Origin: Candidatus Parcubacteria bacterium
Lineage (GTDB): Bacteria; Patescibacteriota; Minisyncoccia; Phycocordibacterales; JAACPR01
Direction of reading: 5' to 3'
DNA length: 64,000 nucleotides
NCBI GenBank assembly: GCA_041158505.1
Contig: JBEBBG010000009.1
Location: 5,157 to 69,156 of the forward strand
This document shows, in pieces, positions 1 to 9,012 of this stretch. The notes below the pieces were generated by a model, which was not told the origin of the DNA, did no database searches, and saw only the letters and a list, made by a program, of their open reading frames with translations. Positions within the stretch are counted from its first letter, which is position 1; each line of letters starts with the position of its first letter. Made by a program: the position numbers and the translations under genes.

Positions 1-633
1 TACAAGGAGCATGGTCTTAAGACACCGCTGTGGTTTGTTGCAGTAAAGACGAGCGACACCGAGCTACAGGCGCATGATATTTTGAGAAAAATGCCGCTGC
101 CGGTGATTTTGAAGCCTGTTGACCGCGGCTCGTCAGTTGGTATTACCATTGCAAACTCGTACCATGCGCTGGTTGATGGGCTCAATGCGCTCTACCAGTT
201 TGTAGACTCTGTACTCGTTGAGGAATACATTCGTGGCAAAGAGGGAACTGTTGGCGTAATTGAACAGTTTCGAAATCAAGAGCTGTATCCGTTACTACCG
301 ATTGAAATCATCCCTCCAGCCCACAAAGAATTTTTTGATTATGAGTGTAAGTATGACGGTAGTACGCGTAAAATCTGCCCAGGCACCTTTACGCGTGCCG
401 AAAGCGAGGCAATGCAGCGAGCCGCTGTTGCAGCTCACCGCGCGCTAGGGCTTCGTCACTACTCACGCACTGATTTTATTGTGCACCCAAAGCGTGGGGT
501 GTACGTGATCGAAACCAATGCGCTTCCAGGCCTCACCAGCGAGTCGTTACTACCGTCTGCGCTGGCACCGGTGGGGGCAACCTACCGTGGGTTCCTCGAG
601 CACATTATCGGCCTTGCACGGGACGGAAAATAG
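1..633 (+). CDS. ddl: D-alanine--D-alanine ligase, C-terminal part (starts before window)
   Basis: Frame open from base 1; ATP-grasp motifs VILKPVDRGSSVGI, EEYIRGKE, FFDYECKY, RTDF, IETNALPGLT. Confidence 0.93.
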   Translation, partial: YKEHGLKTPLWFVAVKTSDTELQAHDILRKMPLPVILKPVDRGSSVGITIANSYHALVDGLNALYQFVDSVLVEEYIRGKEGTVGVIEQFRNQELYPLLPIEIIPPAHKEFFDYECKYDGSTRKICPGTFTRAESEAMQRAAVAAHRALGLRHYSRTDFIVHPKRGVYVIETNALPGLTSESLLPSALAPVGATYRGFLEHIIGLARDGK

Positions 634-736
634 GGTAGAATGTTCCTCACGTACGTTTTGGTGCTTCCACCGCAACGTCCGTGCCCAGCGATTGGGCCTT
701 GTAAGCAAAGCTTAGAGGTCTTCATCTTTAATTTAA

Positions 737-812
737 GGGCCTGTAGCTCACTTGGTAGAGCGCCTCATTTGCACTGAGGAGGCAGCGGGTTCGAATCCTG
801 TCAGGTCCACCA
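737..812 (+). tRNA. tRNA-Ala (anticodon UGC), CCA encoded
   Basis: Acceptor stem GGGCCTG/CAGGTCC with the G3:U70 Ala identity pair, D arm GCTC/GAGC, anticodon stem CCTCA/TGAGG with TGC, T loop TTCGAAT, 3' ACCA. Confidence 0.97.
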
Positions 813-911
813 CATCGTTAAGTAGAAAATTCTTGAGTTTTCTGAATCGAGAAGTATGCAAAATAAAAAATAAAGACATTCTTACTTGCTACGTTTATTG
901 GTGTCTTTGTA

Positions 912-1547
912 GTGTATGGAGGTTTTTTGTACATTAAACATCAGCAGCCTGTGCAGCCACAAACTGCAGATTTGCCTACAGCAGAAACTCAGGAAAAAGT
1001 AATGATAGAAAACGAGGGTCAGGTTGCAGCTGAAGTGTCGTTGCAAGAAAAAGTGTTACAGATCGTAAACGATGAAACTGGTCAGATGTCTTTGTACGAT
1101 ATTTCTGTTTCTCCAGATCAAAAATACGCATATGCAACATTGATGCATCCACGAGGTGGTTTGTTCTACCATTTGTTTGATTTGGAAAATAAAAAAGATT
1201 TATTTGACGGATACACCGTTGCCGGAAGTGGGGAATTAAATACAACAAATCATGTTTGGACGAATGATGACAGATTGATTTTGGTAAGCGATATTAACGG
1301 GCATGGGGGAGAAGGCTTCCCTGGTATTTTGGTGGTTAATTTAGCAGATCAAACAATGTATCGGTTGGTTGATATGACGAACAAGTGTCCACATGCATCA
1401 ATTTCAGATTGCAGGCACGGATATCGTTTTTGGATTGAATCGTTTCAAAATAATACGCTGGACTATCTGGTCGTATTTGACAGCGAATCAATAGGGTACG
1501 ACTCATCATACTCATACGAAGCATCAGAGAGTATCACGGTTCGGTAG
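912..1547 (+). CDS. Hypothetical exported protein; true start may be ATG 856 with a frameshift in the A6 run 865-870
   Basis: 211 aa ORF; the same frame upstream of 912 reads IKTFLLATFIGVFVVYGG (signal anchor) but the ATG at 856 is one base out of frame. Confidence 0.6.
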   Translation: MYGGFLYIKHQQPVQPQTADLPTAETQEKVMIENEGQVAAEVSLQEKVLQIVNDETGQMSLYDISVSPDQKYAYATLMHPRGGLFYHLFDLENKKDLFDGYTVAGSGELNTTNHVWTNDDRLILVSDINGHGGEGFPGILVVNLADQTMYRLVDMTNKCPHASISDCRHGYRFWIESFQNNTLDYLVVFDSESIGYDSSYSYEASESITVR

Positions 1548-1620
1548 TGCACTCGCTATTCTTGTTAGATGTTTATAGTTTCCGTTTGTATCTCACCGCA
1601 AATGCGCTATATTCAAAGCA

Positions 1621-2616
1621 ATGAAAATCAAGCAAACACATAAAACACCTTTCTTTACCACTATTGCCGTTGTCGTCGTTATTGCCGCCGTACTACTCAT
1701 TGCAATGAGAGTTTTTGAAGAAGAGCTGGTCAGCTGGTATGCAGGTAGTAGCGATATTTCAATGAGCTTTGAGCAGTCGGCTGATGAGATGGAATTAGTA
1801 ACACCGCCAGAGGAGGCACGTTTTGTTCCGTTTATATGCAGTCCTGATGTAGTCGCTGAGATCGGGCCAATCCTCTCAAGTTCGTTTTCGGTACTCAATG
1901 CAATGCACGCAGCAGTCGTCGATTTCATAAAACGTAACCCGTGTGACGTCTTACCAAAGCAGCCTGAGTTGGTGAGTGCAGATTCCGCGTCACGTGTCTT
2001 GGAGCTTGATCCAGAAGGATGGGGTGTCGTTGTGTATACGACTGATGCCTTCTTTGTGAAAGTTCGTGCCACAGAAGATGCTGCGAATACGCCTGCTATC
2101 AATACCCTTACCGAGATTATGACCACAAAGCTTACGGAAGCAGGGTTTACCGAAAAGCAGCAATACCCGATTCGTGGTGCTGCAACTCCGGAAGAAACAC
2201 GCAATGTTTCATTTAGTAATGGTGAGGAACGCTGCGTCATTGAGTCTCTTGCAGATAGGTACTATGAGAGTGAGACTCGTGAATCGTACACAATTATGGG
2301 TGTAAATTGCTTTACCCAGAGCGACTTTGAAAATGCTCGTCGCGAGCAGATGCCATTTCTAAGCGCGCTTGGTGAGAAGGGAGTTTTTCTTGATGACATT
2401 AAGGTTGTCGATGGAGATAAAGCTAAGATGGGAATGACCGAAGGTTTCGGCGGTGGGCGCGGCTTTATGTATAAGGCAGATGGTGTCTGGAAGCCAATTG
2501 TACTGTGGCGCCAAGATGCGCCGGACTGTAGTGAGCTTGCAAGTATTCCACAAGAATACTGGATAAGCTGTTTTGATGATGTAGCAAATGAAATCCGCTA
2601 CGGCTGGGAGCAGTAA
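1621..2616 (+). CDS. Hypothetical membrane-anchored exported protein
   Basis: 331 aa, N-terminal basic+hydrophobic anchor, paired Cys; TATATT 7 nt before ATG. Confidence 0.75.
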   Translation: MKIKQTHKTPFFTTIAVVVVIAAVLLIAMRVFEEELVSWYAGSSDISMSFEQSADEMELVTPPEEARFVPFICSPDVVAEIGPILSSSFSVLNAMHAAVVDFIKRNPCDVLPKQPELVSADSASRVLELDPEGWGVVVYTTDAFFVKVRATEDAANTPAINTLTEIMTTKLTEAGFTEKQQYPIRGAATPEETRNVSFSNGEERCVIESLADRYYESETRESYTIMGVNCFTQSDFENARREQMPFLSALGEKGVFLDDIKVVDGDKAKMGMTEGFGGGRGFMYKADGVWKPIVLWRQDAPDCSELASIPQEYWISCFDDVANEIRYGWEQ

Positions 2617-2623
2617 GACGTAA

Positions 2624-3340
2624 ATGAAAATCTTCTCACCCCTCCAAAACCATATTCTCGCGAAGCTCAAGAATGCGTCTGCGCTTCGCTACAGCGAGCT
2701 GATGCCTGAGCAGAAAGTTGCAAACGATCTCTTTAACTACCACTTACAGTATTTGGTTGATAAGGGCTACGTCACCAAGCATAATGACGGGTACTCACTG
2801 TCTGAGGCAGGTGTGCAGCATGTGGCGGATCCATTTCCAGTAGATATGGACCGTGAGCAGAAGATTACGAGCCTCTTTAAGCTGAATGTTATTACCATCG
2901 TTTCTCGAGTCGAAAATGGCCGATTGCAGATTCTCAATCAGCTACGAAAGAGTAATCCATCGTATGGAAAAATTGGTGTGATGGGTGGCGTTGTCTACAA
3001 AGGTGAGACAATCACAGGCGGTGCGACGCGAAAACTCAAAGAAGAAACTGGCCTCTATGCAACCTTTACGCTCGTTGGCATGACACGTCGCATGCTCTAC
3101 AAAGAGGGTGAACTTTTTTCTGATGTGCTGTTCCCAATTGCGTATGCAAGTGAAAGTGCTGGTGATTTACAAACAGAAACTGGTTTTGGAGAGAACTTCT
3201 GGGTAGATATTGATCAGGCGCTCGAAAATGATAAGCCACAGCACGATTCAATTAAGGGTATTTACGAGGCGCTTGAGCGGATCAAGGCTGGAACAATACA
3301 TGAACAGCCTTTCTTTTTTACCGAAGACATTCATCTGTAG
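2624..3340 (+). CDS. Winged-helix + Nudix domain protein
   Basis: N-terminal LRYSELM...FNYHLQYLVDKGYV (wHTH); Nudix-like box GVVYKGETITGGATRKLKEETGL. Confidence 0.75.
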   Translation: MKIFSPLQNHILAKLKNASALRYSELMPEQKVANDLFNYHLQYLVDKGYVTKHNDGYSLSEAGVQHVADPFPVDMDREQKITSLFKLNVITIVSRVENGRLQILNQLRKSNPSYGKIGVMGGVVYKGETITGGATRKLKEETGLYATFTLVGMTRRMLYKEGELFSDVLFPIAYASESAGDLQTETGFGENFWVDIDQALENDKPQHDSIKGIYEALERIKAGTIHEQPFFFTEDIHL

Positions 3341-3377
3341 TGTCTTGTAGGAGGCTTCATTGAGGCTTGTTTTTTAC

Positions 3378-3398
3378 CGAGGAGCTCCTCGCTTTTTT
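3378..3398 (+). terminator. Probable intrinsic terminator
   Basis: Palindrome CGAGGAGCTCCTCG followed by CTTTTTT. Confidence 0.55.
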
Positions 3399-3461
3399 AT
3401 TTGTGTCGTTCTCGTAGCATGGGTGCGGGTAGAACAATCCATTACACCTAACGAGTACGTT

Positions 3462-4298
3462 ATGCAACAAGACATTCATTTGTTTAAAACAGAGGGCGCG
3501 GTCACGGTGCCGTACAGTCCAACCCTTCGAGCAGCAGTAGAAGCAATGGAGGAAAGTTGGCGTGCATTTTGTGCGCTGCCACTCGAGCAGAAGAAGCTGT
3601 TTCCCTATAGCGAAGAGAGTGCAGGTGTGGGCTATGAGTACAAAGACACACCCGGGGCAACACTCGATCTGAAGGAGAACTTCCACCTTACACTTGGGCG
3701 GTACGGGTGGCTCATGCAAGCAGCGCGTGCCACTGGACTTCCAGAGGCAGTAACGCTTGTAGAGCGGTGCCGTGATGTGGCGCTTGAGTTGCAACCTGAA
3801 GTTGAGCAGTTCGCCCGCGATGCAGAAGCTACGTGTGACATCCCCGGCTTTGCAACGGAGGTTGCTGGCAGCTCGGACATTTACTACGTTCGCCTCATTC
3901 ACTACTTTGGTGATCGAACGCCAGGGGATGAGACGGCAACTGCGCACTGTGATAAGAGTGGATTCACTTTTCACCTCTACGAAGACACACCAGGCCTTGA
4001 GCGTCTGACGTATGATGGTGCATGGGTCCCAATGCACGTGTCGCCCGGAGAAACACAGGTAATTCCAAACATGCAGCTGCAGTATCGAACTGGTGGTGCA
4101 ATCAAAGCAACGTGTCATCGTGTGGTGGCTACCGAGGCTTCAGCCAAAACTGGACGCTACGCAGCCGTCTGCTTCGTGATGCTCAAAGATACGCCACGCT
4201 ACAACAAACGTGCTGCAGGCCGTCTCCAGGAACGTGAGCCAGGTTTCAACTACACCTGTCCACCAGAGGAGTTTGCAAAGCTGTTTGCTACGGAGTAG
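3462..4298 (+). CDS. 2-oxoglutarate/Fe(II) dioxygenase, isopenicillin N synthase-like family
   Basis: HxD motif (AHCDKSG), distal His (CHRVV), RYA 2OG-binding Arg, FCALPLEQK N-terminal motif; ATG 3462 preferred to TTG 3360. Confidence 0.85.
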   Translation: MQQDIHLFKTEGAVTVPYSPTLRAAVEAMEESWRAFCALPLEQKKLFPYSEESAGVGYEYKDTPGATLDLKENFHLTLGRYGWLMQAARATGLPEAVTLVERCRDVALELQPEVEQFARDAEATCDIPGFATEVAGSSDIYYVRLIHYFGDRTPGDETATAHCDKSGFTFHLYEDTPGLERLTYDGAWVPMHVSPGETQVIPNMQLQYRTGGAIKATCHRVVATEASAKTGRYAAVCFVMLKDTPRYNKRAAGRLQEREPGFNYTCPPEEFAKLFATE

Positions 4299-4333
4299 TT
4301 GTATGCAACGGCTTGCCGCAAGTCAGTCTAGCC

Positions 4334-4364
4334 AAAATCTCGGACGTGTCCGAGATTTTTCTTT
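4334..4364 (+). terminator. Intrinsic terminator
   Basis: AAAATCTCGGAC-GT-GTCCGAGATTTT perfect stem followed by T-rich tract. Confidence 0.75.
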
Positions 4365-4403
4365 ATTGCACCGCCACACAACCTGTGCTTTCATACTTCC
4401 ATT

Positions 4404-5321
4404 ATGAGTCACACCGTCCTCTTGTACTATAAGTACGTACTAATCGATAACCCTGAACAGTTCCGGGACGAGCAGCGTGCGCTTTGCGAAAAACTTGGCC
4501 TCAAGGGGCGAATTATCGTTGCGCACGAAGGTCTAAACGGAACAGTTGAGGGAACAACAGAAAATACTGCTGCGTATGAAGCCGCTATGCACGCTGACCC
4601 GCGTTTTGCTGACATGGTCTTCAAAAAGAGTGCGGGTACTGGGCAGGCATTCCCACGTCTTTCGGTAAAGGTTCGAAAAGAGATTGTGACGGCCAGTCTG
4701 GCCGAGCAAGATATTAATCCTGCTGAGTTTACTGCTCCGCACCTTGATCCAACAGAGCTCGATACGTGGTATGAAGCAGACAAAGATTTTGTTGTTGTTG
4801 ATATGCGCAACGATTACGAGTTTGAAGTTGGCCACTTTGAAAAATCAGTGATGCCTGGGCTTCGATCATTTCGTGAGTTACCAGAGCGGCTCAATGAACT
4901 TGAGCAGTACAAAGATAAAACCGTTGTGACGGTCTGTACTGGCGGCGTACGCTGTGAAAAGGCGAGTGGCTACTTGCTGAAGCAGGGGTTTACCGATGTG
5001 TACCAACTGGATGGTGGTATGGCAACCTACATGGACCGGCACCCAGGAAAGCATTTCCGTGGAAAGCTCTACGTGTTTGATAACCGAATTGTTGTTGGCG
5101 ATGGTAGTGAGCGCGATGATGTAGTCGGCAAATGTAAAAACTGTGAGACCGCATGCGAGGAGTATGCAAACTGTGGCAATGAGGATTGTCACCTACACTT
5201 TATCTGCTGCGATGCGTGCATTCGTGATGATGGTAAAGCATTCTGCTCAGCGCAGTGCGAAGCGACCGGGCGCATCGTACCGGGTACCAAAGCCCGTCGT
5301 GAGGCGCAGGGAGTCGTGTAA
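4404..5321 (+). CDS. trhO: Rhodanese-related tRNA U34 hydroxylase (UPF0176/YceA family)
   Basis: LLYYKY, GRIIVAHEGLNGT, FPRLSVKVRKEIV, DMRNDYEFEVGHF, CTGGVRCEKAS, C-terminal Cys cluster. Confidence 0.9.
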   Translation: MSHTVLLYYKYVLIDNPEQFRDEQRALCEKLGLKGRIIVAHEGLNGTVEGTTENTAAYEAAMHADPRFADMVFKKSAGTGQAFPRLSVKVRKEIVTASLAEQDINPAEFTAPHLDPTELDTWYEADKDFVVVDMRNDYEFEVGHFEKSVMPGLRSFRELPERLNELEQYKDKTVVTVCTGGVRCEKASGYLLKQGFTDVYQLDGGMATYMDRHPGKHFRGKLYVFDNRIVVGDGSERDDVVGKCKNCETACEEYANCGNEDCHLHFICCDACIRDDGKAFCSAQCEATGRIVPGTKARREAQGVV

Positions 5322-5357
5322 TTTCGAATAACGGTCATCCGTGCTACCATACACACC

Positions 5358-5960
5358 ATGTTTGATTGGGCGCTTGGGGTGATGGAAGCGAGTGGGTACC
5401 TGGGGATTTTTGGTCTCATGGTGCTTGAGAATGTCTTTCCACCGATCCCTTCAGAAATAATTATCCCTGTTGCTGGCTATGCCGCTGCAAACGGTACATT
5501 CAGTATTATTTGGGTAATTCTGATTGCGGCGCTTGGTGCAACGGTTGGCGCAACCGTGTGGTACATCATTGGCCGAATGTTCGGTGTTGAACGCCTGCGT
5601 TCACTTTCCGGTCGTTACGGTAGATTGCTAACGCTTGCCCCAGAGGATATTGATGCCGCGGAGCAATGGTTTACCCGTCATGGCCGTAAAGCGGTTCTAA
5701 TTGGTCGAATTATTCCAACAATCCGCACTCTCATTTCAATTCCTGCAGGCATTGCACGAATGCCCGTTCTCGAATTTCTTTTCTTTACGTTCGTGGGCAG
5801 TCTTGTGTGGAGTGCTGCGCTCGCTATTGTTGGATATGTATTGCAACAAAATGCAGCAGCTGCGACCCACTGGTTAAACCCGCTCTCCGATGCAATTGTA
5901 TTGCTCATTGTGTTTGTCTACATCTATCGAGTGCTTACCTTCAAGAAGCGTGTTGCGTAG
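5358..5960 (+). CDS. DedA family membrane protein
   Basis: LENVFPPIPSEIIIP and GRIIPTIRTLISIPAG motifs. Confidence 0.93.
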   Translation: MFDWALGVMEASGYLGIFGLMVLENVFPPIPSEIIIPVAGYAAANGTFSIIWVILIAALGATVGATVWYIIGRMFGVERLRSLSGRYGRLLTLAPEDIDAAEQWFTRHGRKAVLIGRIIPTIRTLISIPAGIARMPVLEFLFFTFVGSLVWSAALAIVGYVLQQNAAAATHWLNPLSDAIVLLIVFVYIYRVLTFKKRVA

Positions 5961-6017
5961 TGCATCCACATGTTTGAGTCTCTATTTATCGCGGCTGCGG
6001 TATACTAAAGGTACGCA

Positions 6018-6989
6018 ATGCGACGAACAGTGGCAGATACTATTGGAAAAACAGTAAAGTGGCTGATTCCAGCTGCAATTGTGTTTGCGCTTGTCTATGC
6101 TGTAAGCGAGAGTCGCGAACCAGCACTTGTTGTCACTGAGCAGGTTGCAAGTGAGGATGTGGTACTCGAAGATCTCTATGAGCGTGGATACTTTGCAAAC
6201 GCGCTGTCATATAACATTGTTCGAATCGCCGTGACGCTCGGTTTTGATATGGAACCAGGAGCGTATTCACTCACTAAGGGTATGGGGGCTTTTTCATTTC
6301 TCTCTGCGGTATCTGCGCCCGAGTACGTGTACATCACTGTACAGGAAGGGTTGCGGCGAGAGCAGGTTGCAAAGATTGTTGGAGACAAGCTTGATTGGTC
6401 GCAAGCAGAACGTGAGCGTTTCATGAATGATTTGCCGCTGTGCGCATTTACTGGTGGTGAAGGATACTTTTTCCCAGGAGTGTACTTAGTACACAAGAAT
6501 GAGACACCTGAGATGGTTCGGGAACGAATGTTGCAACGCCTTAAGGAATCATTCGAGGAACTTGCAGGTGAACAGACGACGCGCGTTCTTAATTTGCATC
6601 AAATTCTTACGATTGCCTCACTGATTCAGCGAGAAGCAGCAGGCAAAGGTGACATGCGTTTAATTTCTGGAGTAATTTGGAACCGCCTGTTTCAAGAAAT
6701 GCCACTGCAAATTGATGCTACGTTGCAGTACGTAAAAGCAGAAGACGCCGAGAAGTGGTGGCCGCAAGTGCGTTCTGATGATAAGTATCTCGAATCTCCG
6801 TACAATACGTATCAAAATAAAGGCTTACCACCAGGACCGATTGCTAACCCAGGCCTAGCTGCTATCGAGGCCGCACTTAATCCACTCGATACAAAGTGTC
6901 TTTTTTACATTCATGATAATTCACGCAACATCCACTGTGCCTCAACCTACGAAGCGCACAAACGAAATATTAGCTACTATCTAAAGTAG
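6018..6989 (+). CDS. mltG: Endolytic transglycosylase MltG (paralog 1)
   Basis: EGYFFPGVY, IASLIQRE, MPLQIDATLQY, SPYNTY..GLPPGPIANPG. Confidence 0.9.
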   Translation: MRRTVADTIGKTVKWLIPAAIVFALVYAVSESREPALVVTEQVASEDVVLEDLYERGYFANALSYNIVRIAVTLGFDMEPGAYSLTKGMGAFSFLSAVSAPEYVYITVQEGLRREQVAKIVGDKLDWSQAERERFMNDLPLCAFTGGEGYFFPGVYLVHKNETPEMVRERMLQRLKESFEELAGEQTTRVLNLHQILTIASLIQREAAGKGDMRLISGVIWNRLFQEMPLQIDATLQYVKAEDAEKWWPQVRSDDKYLESPYNTYQNKGLPPGPIANPGLAAIEAALNPLDTKCLFYIHDNSRNIHCASTYEAHKRNISYYLK

Positions 6990-7004
6990 GGTATACTACG
7001 TCAT

Positions 7005-7325
7005 ATGAAACTCGGTATTTTCTTGGGGAGTGTTGTGGCGATTGTTGCCGTTATTTTTGCATTTCAAAATCAAAACACGATTACCGTAGAATTTTTCTCA
7101 TTCGTATTTACAGGGAGTGCGGCACTACTCATCCTCTCTGCGCTGCTTGTTGGTTTTTTGATCGGCACCTTACTTTTTGTTCCAAGCAACCTTTCACTCC
7201 TTTGGAAAGCGCGACAGCTTGCTCGAGAAAACGATTTATTAAAGCGAAAAGCGCATGATGAAACTATTCAGTACGAAGCTCCTGGGCTTGGTGAAGAGGG
7301 TGAAGGACAAATTGATATTGCATAG
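7005..7325 (+). CDS. LapA-family (DUF1049-like) small membrane protein
   Basis: IFAFQNQNTITVEFF between two TM helices, then a short coiled coil. Confidence 0.8.
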   Translation: MKLGIFLGSVVAIVAVIFAFQNQNTITVEFFSFVFTGSAALLILSALLVGFLIGTLLFVPSNLSLLWKARQLARENDLLKRKAHDETIQYEAPGLGEEGEGQIDIA

Positions 7326-7332
7326 GTCGCAT

Positions 7333-7575
7333 ATGGGAAAAGACAAAAAGAAACATACAGGACAATCGCAAGCCTCTCTTGAGCAGGTGTTGCGACGAAT
7401 TGATGGTCGATTCAACACGTGGTACCGAGTCTTTTGGTATGGCATGCTACAAGGAGCTGGTGCAGTGCTCGGTGCCGCACTATTTGTACTCATCGTTGCA
7501 CTTATTCTTGAAGCACTTGGGTTAACTGAATTGTCGGAAGCGTTTCGTCACTACGGGAGATACGGCAATCTTTAG
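7333..7575 (+). CDS. Small membrane protein (DUF5665-like)
   Basis: FWYGMLQGAGAVLGA hydrophobic motif; ATG 7333 directly after previous stop. Confidence 0.6.
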   Translation: MGKDKKKHTGQSQASLEQVLRRIDGRFNTWYRVFWYGMLQGAGAVLGAALFVLIVALILEALGLTELSEAFRHYGRYGNL

Positions 7576-7629
7576 TACGTTATCAACAGCTGTACGGGAG
7601 CACTCTTTTTCTCTGTTACTATTAGCGGT

Positions 7630-9006
7630 ATGAGATTTGTTTTTGTTGCAACACTCCTTCTTTCTTTCCTTGCGGCACCATTTGTTGGTAGTGCGCAGAG
7701 TGATGATATTCCCGCGGCTGAGGAGCAGACACAATTCTACGTAAGTGATGTTGTGTTTACGCGCCCATCCTACGCTGCTAGCGATGTCGTTGCGGGTACG
7801 TTCACCTTTCATAATCTAAGTGATGAAGTTGTTACTAATGCGCAATACCGCATTGAGTTAGTCACGTTACTTAGTGATGGAGCGGGCGGAGTGTACCCAT
7901 CAGATGCCCTTGATGCTACCGAGGCAGTTCGAATGCAGGCTTCAGAACCTGGCAAGACGCTCTCGGTACCGTTTACCTACACGATGCCACAGCACGTGCC
8001 TGAGGGTGAGCTCGGCATACTTGTTCAAACGTATATTGGTGAATTGCTAACTCCTGTAGCTCTTGAGTACGTCCCGCTTACTGTTTCTGGAGATAGGGTT
8101 ACATATCTGCCACGTGCAGCTTCGTTGATTGTGAATGATGAAGAGTCTTACGAAACGCTCGCGGGACCAACCGTTGATCAACGAGAACAGGTTGTCCTTG
8201 AGCTGTATGTTGAAAATCCATCAGATGCGCTTGTAACGATCCGCCCAACACTTTCAGTCGTTGAAGGAAAGACATCAACCGGTGCTCAGATCCTTACACA
8301 ACCACAAGCCGACGTTGCTATTGCGCCAGGTGCCGCAAAGACAATCCCGATCACCATTCCATTACTGCAGCTTAACCCCGCAGTTTATACACTTATTGTT
8401 GATGCTGTTGATGTAAAGACTGGTGTGCCAGTGTTTGCTCCTATTGAAGCGCGGTTAGTTGTTGCTGGACTAGAGCCAAGTATTGAGCGTGTAAGCTACA
8501 GTACGCTTGATTTAACGAAACCACTCGCTTCTTTTGACGTGACTGTTTCATACCTTGATGCGCCAATTAATTTTCGTGTTGCTGATGATGGAAAACCAAA
8601 AGACATCCGCGTAGCACAAGCACTGATGCCATCAAGTACTATTGAAGATTGGATACGCGCAACTGGCGCCGCGGCAGTGGTACGCATTGAAGACGCGGAT
8701 CGACAAACCGTACTTAGAGAGCAGCGGCTTGCTTTTACAGACAGCAATGAGGCAACCGCACGTTTTGGGGTGTGGGCTGGAACAGAGCGCGTGCGTGTCT
8801 TGGTAACACTTGAACAGTATGGCAAAGTTATCGATACCTACACTGAGGATCTAACACTCACTGTTCCGCCGTACCCGTTGTGGCAGCGCTTGTGGTACGA
8901 AAATCCACTACTTGTCCTAGGTGTAGGTATTGGTGTTTTGTGTATCGTGGTGCTTGCCGTTGGGGTACAGGTACTACGTCGCCGACGTGTACAAACAATG
9001 ATGTAA
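7630..9006 (+). CDS. Secreted beta-sandwich protein with C-terminal membrane anchor (cassette gene A1)
   Basis: Signal peptide, beta-rich body, C-terminal TM + RRRR tail; paralog of 10652-12064. Confidence 0.8.
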   Translation: MRFVFVATLLLSFLAAPFVGSAQSDDIPAAEEQTQFYVSDVVFTRPSYAASDVVAGTFTFHNLSDEVVTNAQYRIELVTLLSDGAGGVYPSDALDATEAVRMQASEPGKTLSVPFTYTMPQHVPEGELGILVQTYIGELLTPVALEYVPLTVSGDRVTYLPRAASLIVNDEESYETLAGPTVDQREQVVLELYVENPSDALVTIRPTLSVVEGKTSTGAQILTQPQADVAIAPGAAKTIPITIPLLQLNPAVYTLIVDAVDVKTGVPVFAPIEARLVVAGLEPSIERVSYSTLDLTKPLASFDVTVSYLDAPINFRVADDGKPKDIRVAQALMPSSTIEDWIRATGAAAVVRIEDADRQTVLREQRLAFTDSNEATARFGVWAGTERVRVLVTLEQYGKVIDTYTEDLTLTVPPYPLWQRLWYENPLLVLGVGIGVLCIVVLAVGVQVLRRRRVQTMM

Positions 9007-9012
9007 TTACGT

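Noticed and set aside
752-937. 61-aa ORF in the track
   Set aside because: Overlaps the tRNA-Ala gene; it is a translation of tRNA sequence.
6610-6640. ASLIQRE instead of ASIIEKE in MltG paralog 1 as loss of catalysis
   Set aside because: The last Glu of the motif is retained and Q at the first position is a common variant.
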